A stretch of 64,000 nt of DNA, taken from Chloroflexota bacterium. GTDB taxonomy: Bacteria; Chloroflexota; UBA11872. The notes beneath the pieces are model-generated. The model searched no databases. It saw nothing but the letters and a program-made list of their open reading frames with translations, and was not told the DNA's origin. Of this stretch, positions 25,421 to 33,900 are shown in pieces (position 1 is the stretch's first letter; the number at the start of each line of letters is the position of its first letter). The position numbers and the translations under genes were made by a program. Where the stretch lies: contig OZ244802.1 of the NCBI GenBank assembly GCA_965220135.1, positions 918,499 through 982,498 on the forward strand. Direction: 5' to 3'.

Positions 25421-26445
25421 CCTCACGTTCTGCCATCCAGCGTCCGCTGATCGCCGTCACCATGGGGGATCCGGCGGGTGTCGGTCCCGAGATCACGGCG
25501 AAAGCCCTGGCGAACCCGAAGATTCGAGCCATATGCCGCGCCGTGGTGGTGGGTGACTTGGGGACGATGGATAGGGCCGCCGGTGCGGTGGGCGTCAACG
25601 TCGCCGCCGCGGATCCGGACGCGTTGGACCGGGAGATTGATGAAATTCAGGTCCATGACCCCTGGAGACGCGATCTGCGTGAGGCGCCAGTAGGGACGGT
25701 TGACGCCAGGTCAGGCGCGGCGGCGGCGGAGGCGGTCATCGAGGCGACGAAACTGGCACTCAAGGGGCGTGTGGCGGCCATCGTCACGGCACCGATCAAC
25801 AAGGCCGCCATCAACGCCGCCGGGTTTCACTACGCGGGGCACACCGAGTTGCTGGCCGACCTGACGGACTCGCCCGGCGCGCGCATGTTGCTGGTGGCGC
25901 CGGGCCTGCGGGTGATCCACAACAGCACACACGTATCGCTTCGCGAGGCCATTGACCGGGTGACGCGGGAAAACGTGCGCCACGTGATTGGCCTGCTGGA
26001 CGAGACGCTGCGGATGATGGCCATCGAGCGTCCGCGCCTGGCCGTCTGCGGTCTGAATCCGCACGCGGGCGAGGGCGGTCTATTCGGCCACGAGGATGAC
26101 GCGTTCATTCGGCCAGCCATTGACGACGCGCGCAACGACGGCCTGGACGTGACGGGGCCCGAGCCGGGCGACACCGTGTTCAACAGGGCGCGTAACGGGG
26201 CGTTCGATGGGGTAGTGGCGATGTATCACGACCAGGGACACGTGGCGGTGAAGGTGGCCGGGTTCTTTGACGGCATCAACGTGTCGGTCGGTTTGCCCAT
26301 CATCCGGACGAGTGTGGACCATGGCACGGCATTCGATATTGCCGGGCAGGGCATCGCGCGGGCGGATAGTATGGAGATGGCCATTGAGACTGCCGCCACC
26401 ATGGCCGTTAGTACCCTACGCGCGGCGGCCCCGGAGACTGCCTGA
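25417..26445 (+). CDS. PdxA family (PdxA2-type) 4-phospho-hydroxyacid dehydrogenase, decarboxylating
   Basis: RPLIAVTMGDPAGVGPEI...GHTELLA...GLNPHAGEGGLFG...IVAMYHDQGH is the PdxA signature. The ATG overlaps the kinase stop (ATGA). Confidence 0.85.
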   Translation: MTSRSAIQRPLIAVTMGDPAGVGPEITAKALANPKIRAICRAVVVGDLGTMDRAAGAVGVNVAAADPDALDREIDEIQVHDPWRRDLREAPVGTVDARSGAAAAEAVIEATKLALKGRVAAIVTAPINKAAINAAGFHYAGHTELLADLTDSPGARMLLVAPGLRVIHNSTHVSLREAIDRVTRENVRHVIGLLDETLRMMAIERPRLAVCGLNPHAGEGGLFGHEDDAFIRPAIDDARNDGLDVTGPEPGDTVFNRARNGAFDGVVAMYHDQGHVAVKVAGFFDGINVSVGLPIIRTSVDHGTAFDIAGQGIARADSMEMAIETAATMAVSTLRAAAPETA

Positions 26446-26449
26446 TCTG

Positions 26450-26671
26450 ATGAATGCGCCGTTGCAGCTTGCCCAGTTGGTGCTTTCCGTGATCGTGATT
26501 GCCGCGGTTCTGATCCAGTTGCGGAACACGGGGATGGGCTCGGCTTTGGGCGGCAGCGACAGTTCGTTCTTTCATGCCCGGCGAGGGGTCGACCGGCTGA
26601 CGTTCAACTTCACAATCGGTGCTTCGGCCCTTTTCTTCCTCGTTTCAATCCTGGCCGCCGTCCTCCAGTAG
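26450..26671 (+). CDS. secG: preprotein translocase subunit SecG
   Basis: 73 aa: MNAPLQLAQLVLSVIVIAAVLIQLRNTGMGSALGGSDSSFFHARRG...LTFNFTIGASALFFLVSIL. Confidence 0.8.
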   Translation: MNAPLQLAQLVLSVIVIAAVLIQLRNTGMGSALGGSDSSFFHARRGVDRLTFNFTIGASALFFLVSILAAVLQ

Positions 26672-27511
26672 GTCGTCGCGCACGAGGGACGCGTCGCAGA
26701 TCTGTCCGTAGGGACAACGGCGACATATCTGAGGGTCCACGGCCCGATTCGGCGCTTGCCAGAACGGATCGAACTGGCTCGCCTCAATGCCACGCACGAT
26801 GTCGGCAGCCCGAGAGGCAAAATACTCGAGGTCGTCGCGGCCGTACGTCCCGTTTAACTGCTGGACGAATGGCGGATCTTCGCGCACCAGCACGTCCACC
26901 CGTACCTGGGGAATGAAGAACGGCGCGGGCAGGTTGCCCGGACGAATCCGCGATCCGGCCCTGAAGACTCCGTAGCCGATCGCGTAGCACTGGAGTTGGA
27001 GGTCCCGATCCGGATATGACTCGGGGTAAGCCCGCCACGAGGTCTTGTGGTCGATCACCACGCCGTTCCGGTCGATGAGGTCGACGGTGCCGACGAGTTG
27101 GACCTGGACACCTGGAATATCGAATCTGAATCGATGCTCTACCAGATGCGGCGTGACGCCGGGCGCCACTTCCGTCAGGTAGAGATCCAGGACCGATTGA
27201 CCTGACGCGTAGGCCTCCTCGAACTGGTCTGACAATGGCCCCGATGCAGTCCCGGGCGGAAGTCGGGAATACCAAACGTCGTCGTAGATCTCAGCGGCCT
27301 CGTCCACATCCAGGTCATACCCGTTGCGGCGTTTCTCCAGGAAGTTGCGCTCCAGGGCGGCGTGGACCGCCTGGCCGACGAGCGACGCCGGCGAGTCGGT
27401 GGTTGGCACCCGATCCACGTAGCGCATCCGATACTGGAGCGGGCAGGTGTCGTAGGTGCGTAGCTGTGTGGGAGAGATTGACCGGAGCTGCCGTTGCATG
27501 TCGACTCGCAT
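26645..27511 (-). CDS. PD-(D/E)XK nuclease family protein, Cas4/RecB-like with Fe-S cysteine cluster (standalone)
   Basis: TYDTCPLQY (N-terminal Cys), VDLIDRNGVVIDHKTS (D...D/ExK), LQLQCYAIGY (QxxxY) and C-terminal CRRCPYGQIC. Start chosen at MRVDMQRQ. The upstream 340 codons of the ORF are the antisense of the GT2 gene. Confidence 0.7.
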   Translation of the reverse strand: MRVDMQRQLRSISPTQLRTYDTCPLQYRMRYVDRVPTTDSPASLVGQAVHAALERNFLEKRRNGYDLDVDEAAEIYDDVWYSRLPPGTASGPLSDQFEEAYASGQSVLDLYLTEVAPGVTPHLVEHRFRFDIPGVQVQLVGTVDLIDRNGVVIDHKTSWRAYPESYPDRDLQLQCYAIGYGVFRAGSRIRPGNLPAPFFIPQVRVDVLVREDPPFVQQLNGTYGRDDLEYFASRAADIVRGIEASQFDPFWQAPNRAVDPQICRRCPYGQICDASLVRDDLLEDGGQD

Positions 27512-27595
27512 GCTGAGAAGTTCTTGCGCAATCCTAAACGCGGTCCGTCGAGGGCATTTGAGCGCTGGGACAGCCGACAGGCCAAGACTGTGTGC

Positions 27596-28630
27596 ATGGT
27601 GAGCGACCAGCCCGAAGCCTCGGTCGTGATCGTGACCTGGAATGGGTTGTACCACTTGCAGCGATGCCTGCCGGCGCTGCGCGACCAGACCGGGGTGAGG
27701 TTCGAGACCATCGTCGTCGAGAACGGCAGCACGGACGGCACAGCCGAATGGATTGCCCGGGAGTATCCGCGGATCGTGCTGGAGCGCCTGGACTCGAATC
27801 ACGGGTTCGCCGCGGCCAACAACATCGGCTTTGGACTGGCGCGGGCGGACCTGGTTGCAACCCTCAACAACGACGCGGTTCCCGATCCAGACTGGCTGCA
27901 CTCGCTGGTTCAAACCGCACAGGAGCATCCCGAGGCCGGGTCGTTCGCCAGCCGGATCGTGCTGGACCGGGATCCCAACATCATCGATTCCGCCGGCGTG
28001 GTGACGGACGTGCTGGGCATCGCGTGGGACCGACACAACGCAGAGCCGGTTGGTTCGGACGAGGGTGGCGAGGTCTTCGGCGCGTGCGCCGGGGCCGCGC
28101 TGTACCGGAAGGCGTTGCTGGACGAGACCGGCGGGTTCGACCCGGCGTTCTTCGCCTACCTCGAGGACGTGGACCTGGCGTGGCGCGCGCGCTGGCTGGG
28201 CTGGACCGCGTGCTATGTCCCGGAAGCGCGGGTGGTGCATGCGCACTCGGGCACGGGGACCGAGGAGTCGCCGTTCAAGACGTTTCACCTGGGTCGCAAC
28301 AAGGTCTGGACGATTGCCAAGAACCACCCCACGCGCGCGCTCTTGACGTACGGGCCGCTGTTGGTGGCTTACGACCTGGCCTCGCTGCCAATCACGATGA
28401 CGCGCCAGCGGAGCCTGGCGGCGCTGCGCGGGCGGCTGGCCGGGCTGCGAACTCTTGGCCGGGTTCTCCAGCAGCGAAAGCGCGAGGAGGCCCGCCGGCG
28501 AGTTGCCTGGGATGACATTCGTCCGCATGTCGCCGGCCCGTCGTGGCCGTGGGACATTTGGCGCCGGCAGCGGCGTTTACGGCAGGCGGTGGCGACTGGG
28601 GGTCCGAGAACGAGCCTGGACGCTCGCTGA
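27596..28630 (+). CDS. glycosyltransferase family 2
   Basis: MVSDQPEASVVIVTWNGLYHLQRCLPAL...TIVVENGSTDGT...LDSNHGFAAANNIGF...ATLNNDAVPD covers the GT2 DxD/ED region. Confidence 0.85.
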   Translation: MVSDQPEASVVIVTWNGLYHLQRCLPALRDQTGVRFETIVVENGSTDGTAEWIAREYPRIVLERLDSNHGFAAANNIGFGLARADLVATLNNDAVPDPDWLHSLVQTAQEHPEAGSFASRIVLDRDPNIIDSAGVVTDVLGIAWDRHNAEPVGSDEGGEVFGACAGAALYRKALLDETGGFDPAFFAYLEDVDLAWRARWLGWTACYVPEARVVHAHSGTGTEESPFKTFHLGRNKVWTIAKNHPTRALLTYGPLLVAYDLASLPITMTRQRSLAALRGRLAGLRTLGRVLQQRKREEARRRVAWDDIRPHVAGPSWPWDIWRRQRRLRQAVATGGPRTSLDAR

Positions 28631-28644
28631 TAGACTCGCGCACT

Positions 28645-28721
28645 CGGGGCGTGGCGCAGGCTGGTAGCGCACCTGACTGGGGGTCAGGAGGTCGCCGGTT
28701 CAAATCCGGCCGCCCCGACCA
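28645..28721 (+). tRNA. tRNA-Pro (anticodon GGG)
   Basis: Cloverleaf: acceptor CGGGGCG/CGCCCCG, D-arm GCGC-AGGCTGGTA-GCGC, anticodon arm CCTGA-CTGGGGG-TCAGG (GGG at 34-36), variable AGGTC, T-arm GCCGG-TTCAAAT-CCGGC, discriminator A and an encoded CCA. Confidence 0.85.
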
Positions 28722-28796
28722 GCATCCGAACCCGTTACGTGACGGCCACATTGCACCGGCCTTGTCGCGCGGAATCCGAAATGGGCCGCTCTGGGG

Positions 28797-29987
28797 CTAG
28801 GCGGCTTGGCTCCAGCTTGCGATGAAGTCGTCCAGGTCAAAATCGGCGGGCATGTGCTCTTGCGCCCAACGCGAAGGTTTGCTGGCGAGGCTTGGCACGA
28901 AGTGCTCGGTCTCCGTTTGGAGCCGGGCGTCCAACGGTGCAAAGCGCTGTCCAAGCAGCTTCGTTTCAACGGCGGTGAATCGCCGTGCCAGCGCCTCGAG
29001 GTTGCCGATGCTGAAGGTCTGCTCGCCCACGGCTGACGCGCGCTCGCGTTCTGGCAGGTTTGCCAGTTCCGGGCGCTTCAGTTCGCCGATCCGGCGAGCC
29101 AGTTTCGACAGGAGGACTACGCAGACCATCCGTCCAGTGTGGCCTGGATGCAGCAAGGCCAGCGCCTGCCGGAAGGCTTGCGGATCCCGCTCGAGAATCG
29201 CGCGATAGAAGGCTTCGATCCGATTGTCCTCGCGTTCAGCCAGTTCCATAAACCGATGGAAGGCCGCTTGTCCCTCCGGCGACAGATGCCTGACGAAACC
29301 CGGCTCCCAGAGGAAGCGGGAGCCGTACGGATACAGCCGGCCACCGAACGAGGTGTACCTGAGATGGATGATGCGCCGCAGCCTGGTGCTGTAGTTGCTG
29401 GGCCAATGCAGGATGGTGTTGATGTAGATCACGCCGTCGCCGGCCTCGAGCTTGACCTGTCTACAGTCCGACAGCTTGGCGCGTGGGTCCTTCAGAAGCT
29501 CCCGGTTCTCCCGCGAGGTGTTCAGACGGCGATGACTTCCGGGGACGACCCACAGCACATCGTCGTCATACAGGGGGATGTTCCACTGCACGGAGCTTGG
29601 ACCGTTGGCCAGCATGTCGGCCTGTAAACCCGCCAGGGGAGCGTTGTTTGTTGGCCCGTGGCTTACATCGCGATGCCACAAGTCAGGCCCATAGGCGACC
29701 TCCGGGTTGCACAGGAGAATCATCTGCTTCAGGCCCACGTCGCGGGCGCCAAGCGCTTGCCGGCTGACACCGAGCGTGTTCTCGTGGAGACAGAACTCCA
29801 CCGTGTTGGCCGTCGCGGCATCAATGACGGACTGAAACGCGAGTCGAGGCTGCTTGGACGCGTAGGCGAAGCAGCCCGGGTCGTCGCGATCACGCGCCCA
29901 GTTAGCCTGCTGGCGGTCCACCAGCGTTTCGAAGCTGGCGCGCAATTCGTCCAGCCGTTCGGGCGGAACGACGTTCTTCAGAATCAC
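28797..29987 (-). CDS. phytanoyl-CoA dioxygenase (PhyH) family Fe(II)/2OG-dependent oxygenase-like protein
   Basis: DLWHRDVSHG (HxD), VVPGSHRR and IHLRYT are PhyH-like motifs. 396 aa. Confidence 0.55.
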   Translation of the reverse strand: MILKNVVPPERLDELRASFETLVDRQQANWARDRDDPGCFAYASKQPRLAFQSVIDAATANTVEFCLHENTLGVSRQALGARDVGLKQMILLCNPEVAYGPDLWHRDVSHGPTNNAPLAGLQADMLANGPSSVQWNIPLYDDDVLWVVPGSHRRLNTSRENRELLKDPRAKLSDCRQVKLEAGDGVIYINTILHWPSNYSTRLRRIIHLRYTSFGGRLYPYGSRFLWEPGFVRHLSPEGQAAFHRFMELAEREDNRIEAFYRAILERDPQAFRQALALLHPGHTGRMVCVVLLSKLARRIGELKRPELANLPERERASAVGEQTFSIGNLEALARRFTAVETKLLGQRFAPLDARLQTETEHFVPSLASKPSRWAQEHMPADFDLDDFIASWSQAA

Positions 29988-30163
29988 GAAGCCGTCGTCG
30001 AGAAGCTGCTCGGTATCGATCTGGATGGGCTGGGCTCCGGCGGCGCGGCCGCGTCAGTCTAGACCGGGCGTGCGGCTTCAAATGGCCAGCCAGGGCGAGT
30101 CCCTGCCCTCGCCTCTCCCGGTGTGGCCACAATGCTGGCCGGTAGTCGACCGATCAGGCTCCG

Positions 30164-31297
30164 CTAGCGACCGTAGGTTCGGCCCTTCCAGCCGCCGCCA
30201 ACGCCGGCGTAGTGCCGGCGCGCCGAGTCCAGGGTCATGGCGACGTAGATGACGGCCGACAGCGGCAACGTGACAGCCCGAAACATCGTGCCGCCGTACC
30301 AGCGGGTCATCGGTACGTAGCTAAACGTCATCAGTCCCCATCCAAGGATTCCAGCGGCGAGTGCCACCAACGACGGCTCAATGGCGGCTCCAGCCACGAG
30401 CCCTACGCCCCCGACAACTACCGCGATCGGCGCCGCGACAAAGGCCAGGAGCAGAGCGACGACTGTGCCCAGGAGTCGCATGGGCGAGTAGGCCAGCTGG
30501 GTGTAGGCCGTGCGCGCCACGACATGCCAGACGCCGGCTAGCCCGGCGTAGCCGCGAACGCTGTAGACATCGCGCCCCAGTCCCAGCCAGGTCCGGCCGC
30601 CGGCCTGCTTGATGCGGGCGGCCAAGGCGCAGTCGTCGATGATCTCGCCACGGATCGATTCGAAACCACCGATCCGCTCGAACGCGCGACGCTGTACCAG
30701 CACGCACCCACCCGCGGCGGCCGCCGTGCTGCGGTTGGGATCATTCGACCAGCGGAACGGGTAGAGCAGGCCAAAGAAGTAGACGAACGCCGGTACCAGC
30801 AACCGCTCGAAGGGCGTGACCGCCCTCAGGTTCGCCATTACCGACGCAAGGTCCACTTCGCGGTGTCGAGCCAGCCCGACCAGCCGCCGCAGGAGGTCGG
30901 GTGGATGGGCGATGTCCGAGTCGGTCAGGAGGATGTATTCGCAACGTCGAGCCGAATCCGAGGTCGCGCCGGTGTGCATGGCCCAGACCTTGCCGGCCCA
31001 TCCATCCGGGAGTTGAGGGGCCGCGACGAGGTGTACTCCGGGGCCCGTAGAACCAGCGCCAATGCCTTCGGCAACCTCCGTTGTGCCGTCAGTGCTGGAG
31101 TCGTCCACCACGACGATCTCGAAACGGCCGGGATAGTCCTGGTCCAATAGCGTGGGAAGCGTTCGCGGAAGGACCGCCGCCTCGTTTCGTGCCGGTATCA
31201 CGACTGTCACGGACGGCCAGTCGCGGGAAGCAGCGTCGCGGGGAGAATCCGGAAGTTGCACATTGACTCGCCAGTACCACCCGCGACCGAGAAGCAA
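30164..31297 (-). CDS. glycosyltransferase family 2 with C-terminal TM helices
   Basis: SVTVVIPARNEAAVLPRTLPTLLDQDYPG..EIVVVDDSSTDGT. The first start codon is TTG at 31297. The 90 nt upstream, to the WD40 stop, are in frame and encode a TM-like helix but contain no ATG/GTG/TTG. Confidence 0.75.
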   Translation of the reverse strand: MLLGRGWYWRVNVQLPDSPRDAASRDWPSVTVVIPARNEAAVLPRTLPTLLDQDYPGRFEIVVVDDSSTDGTTEVAEGIGAGSTGPGVHLVAAPQLPDGWAGKVWAMHTGATSDSARRCEYILLTDSDIAHPPDLLRRLVGLARHREVDLASVMANLRAVTPFERLLVPAFVYFFGLLYPFRWSNDPNRSTAAAAGGCVLVQRRAFERIGGFESIRGEIIDDCALAARIKQAGGRTWLGLGRDVYSVRGYAGLAGVWHVVARTAYTQLAYSPMRLLGTVVALLLAFVAAPIAVVVGGVGLVAGAAIEPSLVALAAGILGWGLMTFSYVPMTRWYGGTMFRAVTLPLSAVIYVAMTLDSARRHYAGVGGGWKGRTYGR

Positions 31298-31387
31298 CCA
31301 GACCCACGCGGCAGCAGCGACGGCCGTCAGCCCCGTGAGGACCGTCAGCCAGATGTCGATGTGCGCTCGTCGCCAGACCCGACGCGG

Positions 31388-33802
31388 TCAGTCCGCGCGG
31401 GCGATCCAGAATCGCAGCGCCCGGTCGTCGCCGACTGTGGCAAGCAAAGCACCGTCGGGACTGTAGGCCAGCGCTCGGATCCAGTCGATGTGGGCATCGA
31501 TGGCGCGTCCTAGTTTGAGGCGGCCGGTGGGATCGCGCAGGAGCGCGCGTTGATACGCGCCAATGGCCAGTTCGTCGCCGTACGGCCGATAGGCCAACGA
31601 GGTGATGAGACCCGCCTCCGGCTCGATCTCTCGCATGAGGCTATTGGAGCCGCTTGCCAGGATCTTGATCGTCTTGCCGTCCGCCAGCGCCATTTCGGCG
31701 ACCTGCGGATCGAAGCGAATTGCCCGGATCCAGTCGTCGAATCCCGTCAGCCGCAATCGCTCGACTCCCGTCCCCGCATCCAATAGCAAGACCTCCTGGT
31801 ACGTGCCGACCGCGGCAAGGCCCACGCCATCCGTTGCAATGGACGTTACGGGTCCCAATCCCATTACCACCCAGTTCTCAGCGCCATTGCTCGGATCCAG
31901 CCTTCGTACGACACTGCGGGCGTCGCCGGCCAACAGGTAACCGTCCGCCGCGAACGCCAGGGCGGTCACGCTATCCGGAACTGTCGGCGCTTCGGCCAAC
32001 AGCATCCCGTGCTGCGCGTCCCACAGCCGCACCCGGCCATCGTCTCCGCCGGAGGCGAGCACTCGTCCGTCCGGCGAATAGGCCACGGCGCGCGCCGGTC
32101 GGTCGTGGGCGGCTATGGAGGCGCGCATCGCGCCGTCGGTCCCGACGATCACGAGCGAGCCGTCATCCAGGGCGGCCGCAACCGACGTACCGAGGGGACT
32201 GGAGTCCACGGCATTGACGGGCGCGGGCAGGGTGGCTTCGGCGGCCAGTTCCGAGAGCGCCGTGGACCACACACCGACGTCTCCGTCCCAGCTCCCCGAA
32301 AGCAGGATTTCGCCGTCCGGACTGAAGCTGAGCCCCTGCACGTCGGTCGTGTGGCCGGTCAGGCTGTACAACCGTCTCGCGGTGGCGACATCCCAGACAC
32401 CCACCGTTCCGTCGCTTGAGGACGTGGCCAGCCGTCGCCCGTCCGGGCTGAAGGCCACCTGCCAGACGGAGTCGTTGTGGCCCGCGAGCGTCGCCAGTGT
32501 CGATCCGTCCGTTGCATCCCACAGCACGGCGGTGTTGTCGTCGGCGCCCGTTGCCAGGCGGGTGCCGTCGGAACTGATGGCGAGAGAAAGCACAGCCCGC
32601 GAGTGCTGGTCGACGAACTCGAGCAGACGCTCTCCCGTTGCCATGTCCCAGATATCGGCTCTGGCCCAACCGGTGGTTATCAGGCCTCCGCCGTCCGGTA
32701 AAAAGGCGACGCCATTTGACCAGGCGTCAATATCGTCGAACTTGGCAAGGTGCTCACCGGTTTCCACATTCCACACATGGGCCGCTGCGTAGGTCGTCGC
32801 AGCGACCAGGGTTCCGTCTGGACTAAAGGCCACGCTCGTAAACCACCGCTCGTCGGCTTGGAGCACCTGCAACTGTTCGCCAGAGCGTGCATCCCAGAGC
32901 CGCACGGTGTCGTCCTCCGAAGCGCTGGCAACCAGCGAGCCGTCGGGCGAATAGGCGACTTCGTAGATGCCGTCGAAGTGGCCCTCGAGTTCATGAATCG
33001 GCGTCAGGGTCGCGCGGTCCCAGATCACGACTCGGCGGTCATAGCCACCGGTGGCGAACGTGGAGCCTGATGGATCGAACGCCACGCTGGTTACCAGGGG
33101 ACTGTGGGCTTCCACGAGCTGTCGTGGAATGGGCGGCGGGGCCACCGGGATGGTTGCCGCCAGGGGAATCATCCCGGCCTGTTTGAAGTGGTCGCCGGCC
33201 GGGGCCAGTTGTACCTGACCGTTGTTCAGACGCAAGACGGCTCGCTGAGCCCGGAGCACACCTCCGTCCGGCGCCGACGCATATCCGAGCGGCAGCCCAA
33301 ATCGAACAAGGGCATTCGGAGCGGTTCGCCAGAAGTCTGTGATTTCCGAGGCAGCGGCCAGCGCTTCCAGGCGGGTCAGCGGGCCGGCGTCGGGAGGCAA
33401 GTATGTGCCGGGCGGTACGCCCTTGAAGTCGAGTAACCACGAGTCGTGTCCCGCCGTGGACATCTCGTCATAGATGTTGGCCGGACGAATGCCGCCGTCG
33501 GCGTCAGCCTGAAGTACAGCCCGTTGAAAGGCCTGGTAGACGAACGGCGCTTCGTGCCAGGGCTGCGAGATCGGAAAACCAAGCGTCTCGTGACCTCCGA
33601 GTTCCTCGTATGCGGTCCAGAATTGAGCGTCGCGGTCGTCGACAACCGGGTAGCCAAGACCACCCCCGCCGCCGGTCTGCGTGTAGAAAAAGCCGTGCTC
33701 GAGCGGAAAGCTTGCGGGAGTGGACGCGGCCCCAACTGTTGGCAATGCAAGCAGCGCGAGGGCCAGCAGCACTGCGATGCCACCACGAAGCTGTCTGCCC
33801 AT
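31388..33802 (-). CDS. secreted WD40 repeat protein with N-terminal LGFP-like repeat region
   Basis: Signal peptide MGRQLRGGIAVLLALALLALPTVGAAS. LGFP-like segments (GLGYPV..., ETLGFPISQPW, RFGLPLGYA). Then about 14 WD40 blades (GH..V..VAFSPDG..LAT.S.D.TV.LWD). Start set at the internal Met; the ORF extends to 33856. Confidence 0.8.
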   Translation of the reverse strand: MGRQLRGGIAVLLALALLALPTVGAASTPASFPLEHGFFYTQTGGGGGLGYPVVDDRDAQFWTAYEELGGHETLGFPISQPWHEAPFVYQAFQRAVLQADADGGIRPANIYDEMSTAGHDSWLLDFKGVPPGTYLPPDAGPLTRLEALAAASEITDFWRTAPNALVRFGLPLGYASAPDGGVLRAQRAVLRLNNGQVQLAPAGDHFKQAGMIPLAATIPVAPPPIPRQLVEAHSPLVTSVAFDPSGSTFATGGYDRRVVIWDRATLTPIHELEGHFDGIYEVAYSPDGSLVASASEDDTVRLWDARSGEQLQVLQADERWFTSVAFSPDGTLVAATTYAAAHVWNVETGEHLAKFDDIDAWSNGVAFLPDGGGLITTGWARADIWDMATGERLLEFVDQHSRAVLSLAISSDGTRLATGADDNTAVLWDATDGSTLATLAGHNDSVWQVAFSPDGRRLATSSSDGTVGVWDVATARRLYSLTGHTTDVQGLSFSPDGEILLSGSWDGDVGVWSTALSELAAEATLPAPVNAVDSSPLGTSVAAALDDGSLVIVGTDGAMRASIAAHDRPARAVAYSPDGRVLASGGDDGRVRLWDAQHGMLLAEAPTVPDSVTALAFAADGYLLAGDARSVVRRLDPSNGAENWVVMGLGPVTSIATDGVGLAAVGTYQEVLLLDAGTGVERLRLTGFDDWIRAIRFDPQVAEMALADGKTIKILASGSNSLMREIEPEAGLITSLAYRPYGDELAIGAYQRALLRDPTGRLKLGRAIDAHIDWIRALAYSPDGALLATVGDDRALRFWIARAD

Positions 33803-33900
33803 CAGCGTCGCCCGATCCCGCGGTTGCGCCGTCGGCCGCCACTCGCGGAGCACCAAGGCACTGCCTTTCGGCAGCCAGGCGTCATGCGAAGTCCCCGCGG

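Noticed and set aside
26645-28528. Full 627-aa minus ORF treated as one gene
   Set aside because: Only the C-terminal ~289 aa show nuclease motifs. The N-terminal ~340 codons are antisense to the GT2 gene (27596..28630), which has clear GT2 motifs, so the nuclease gene was trimmed to start at 27511.
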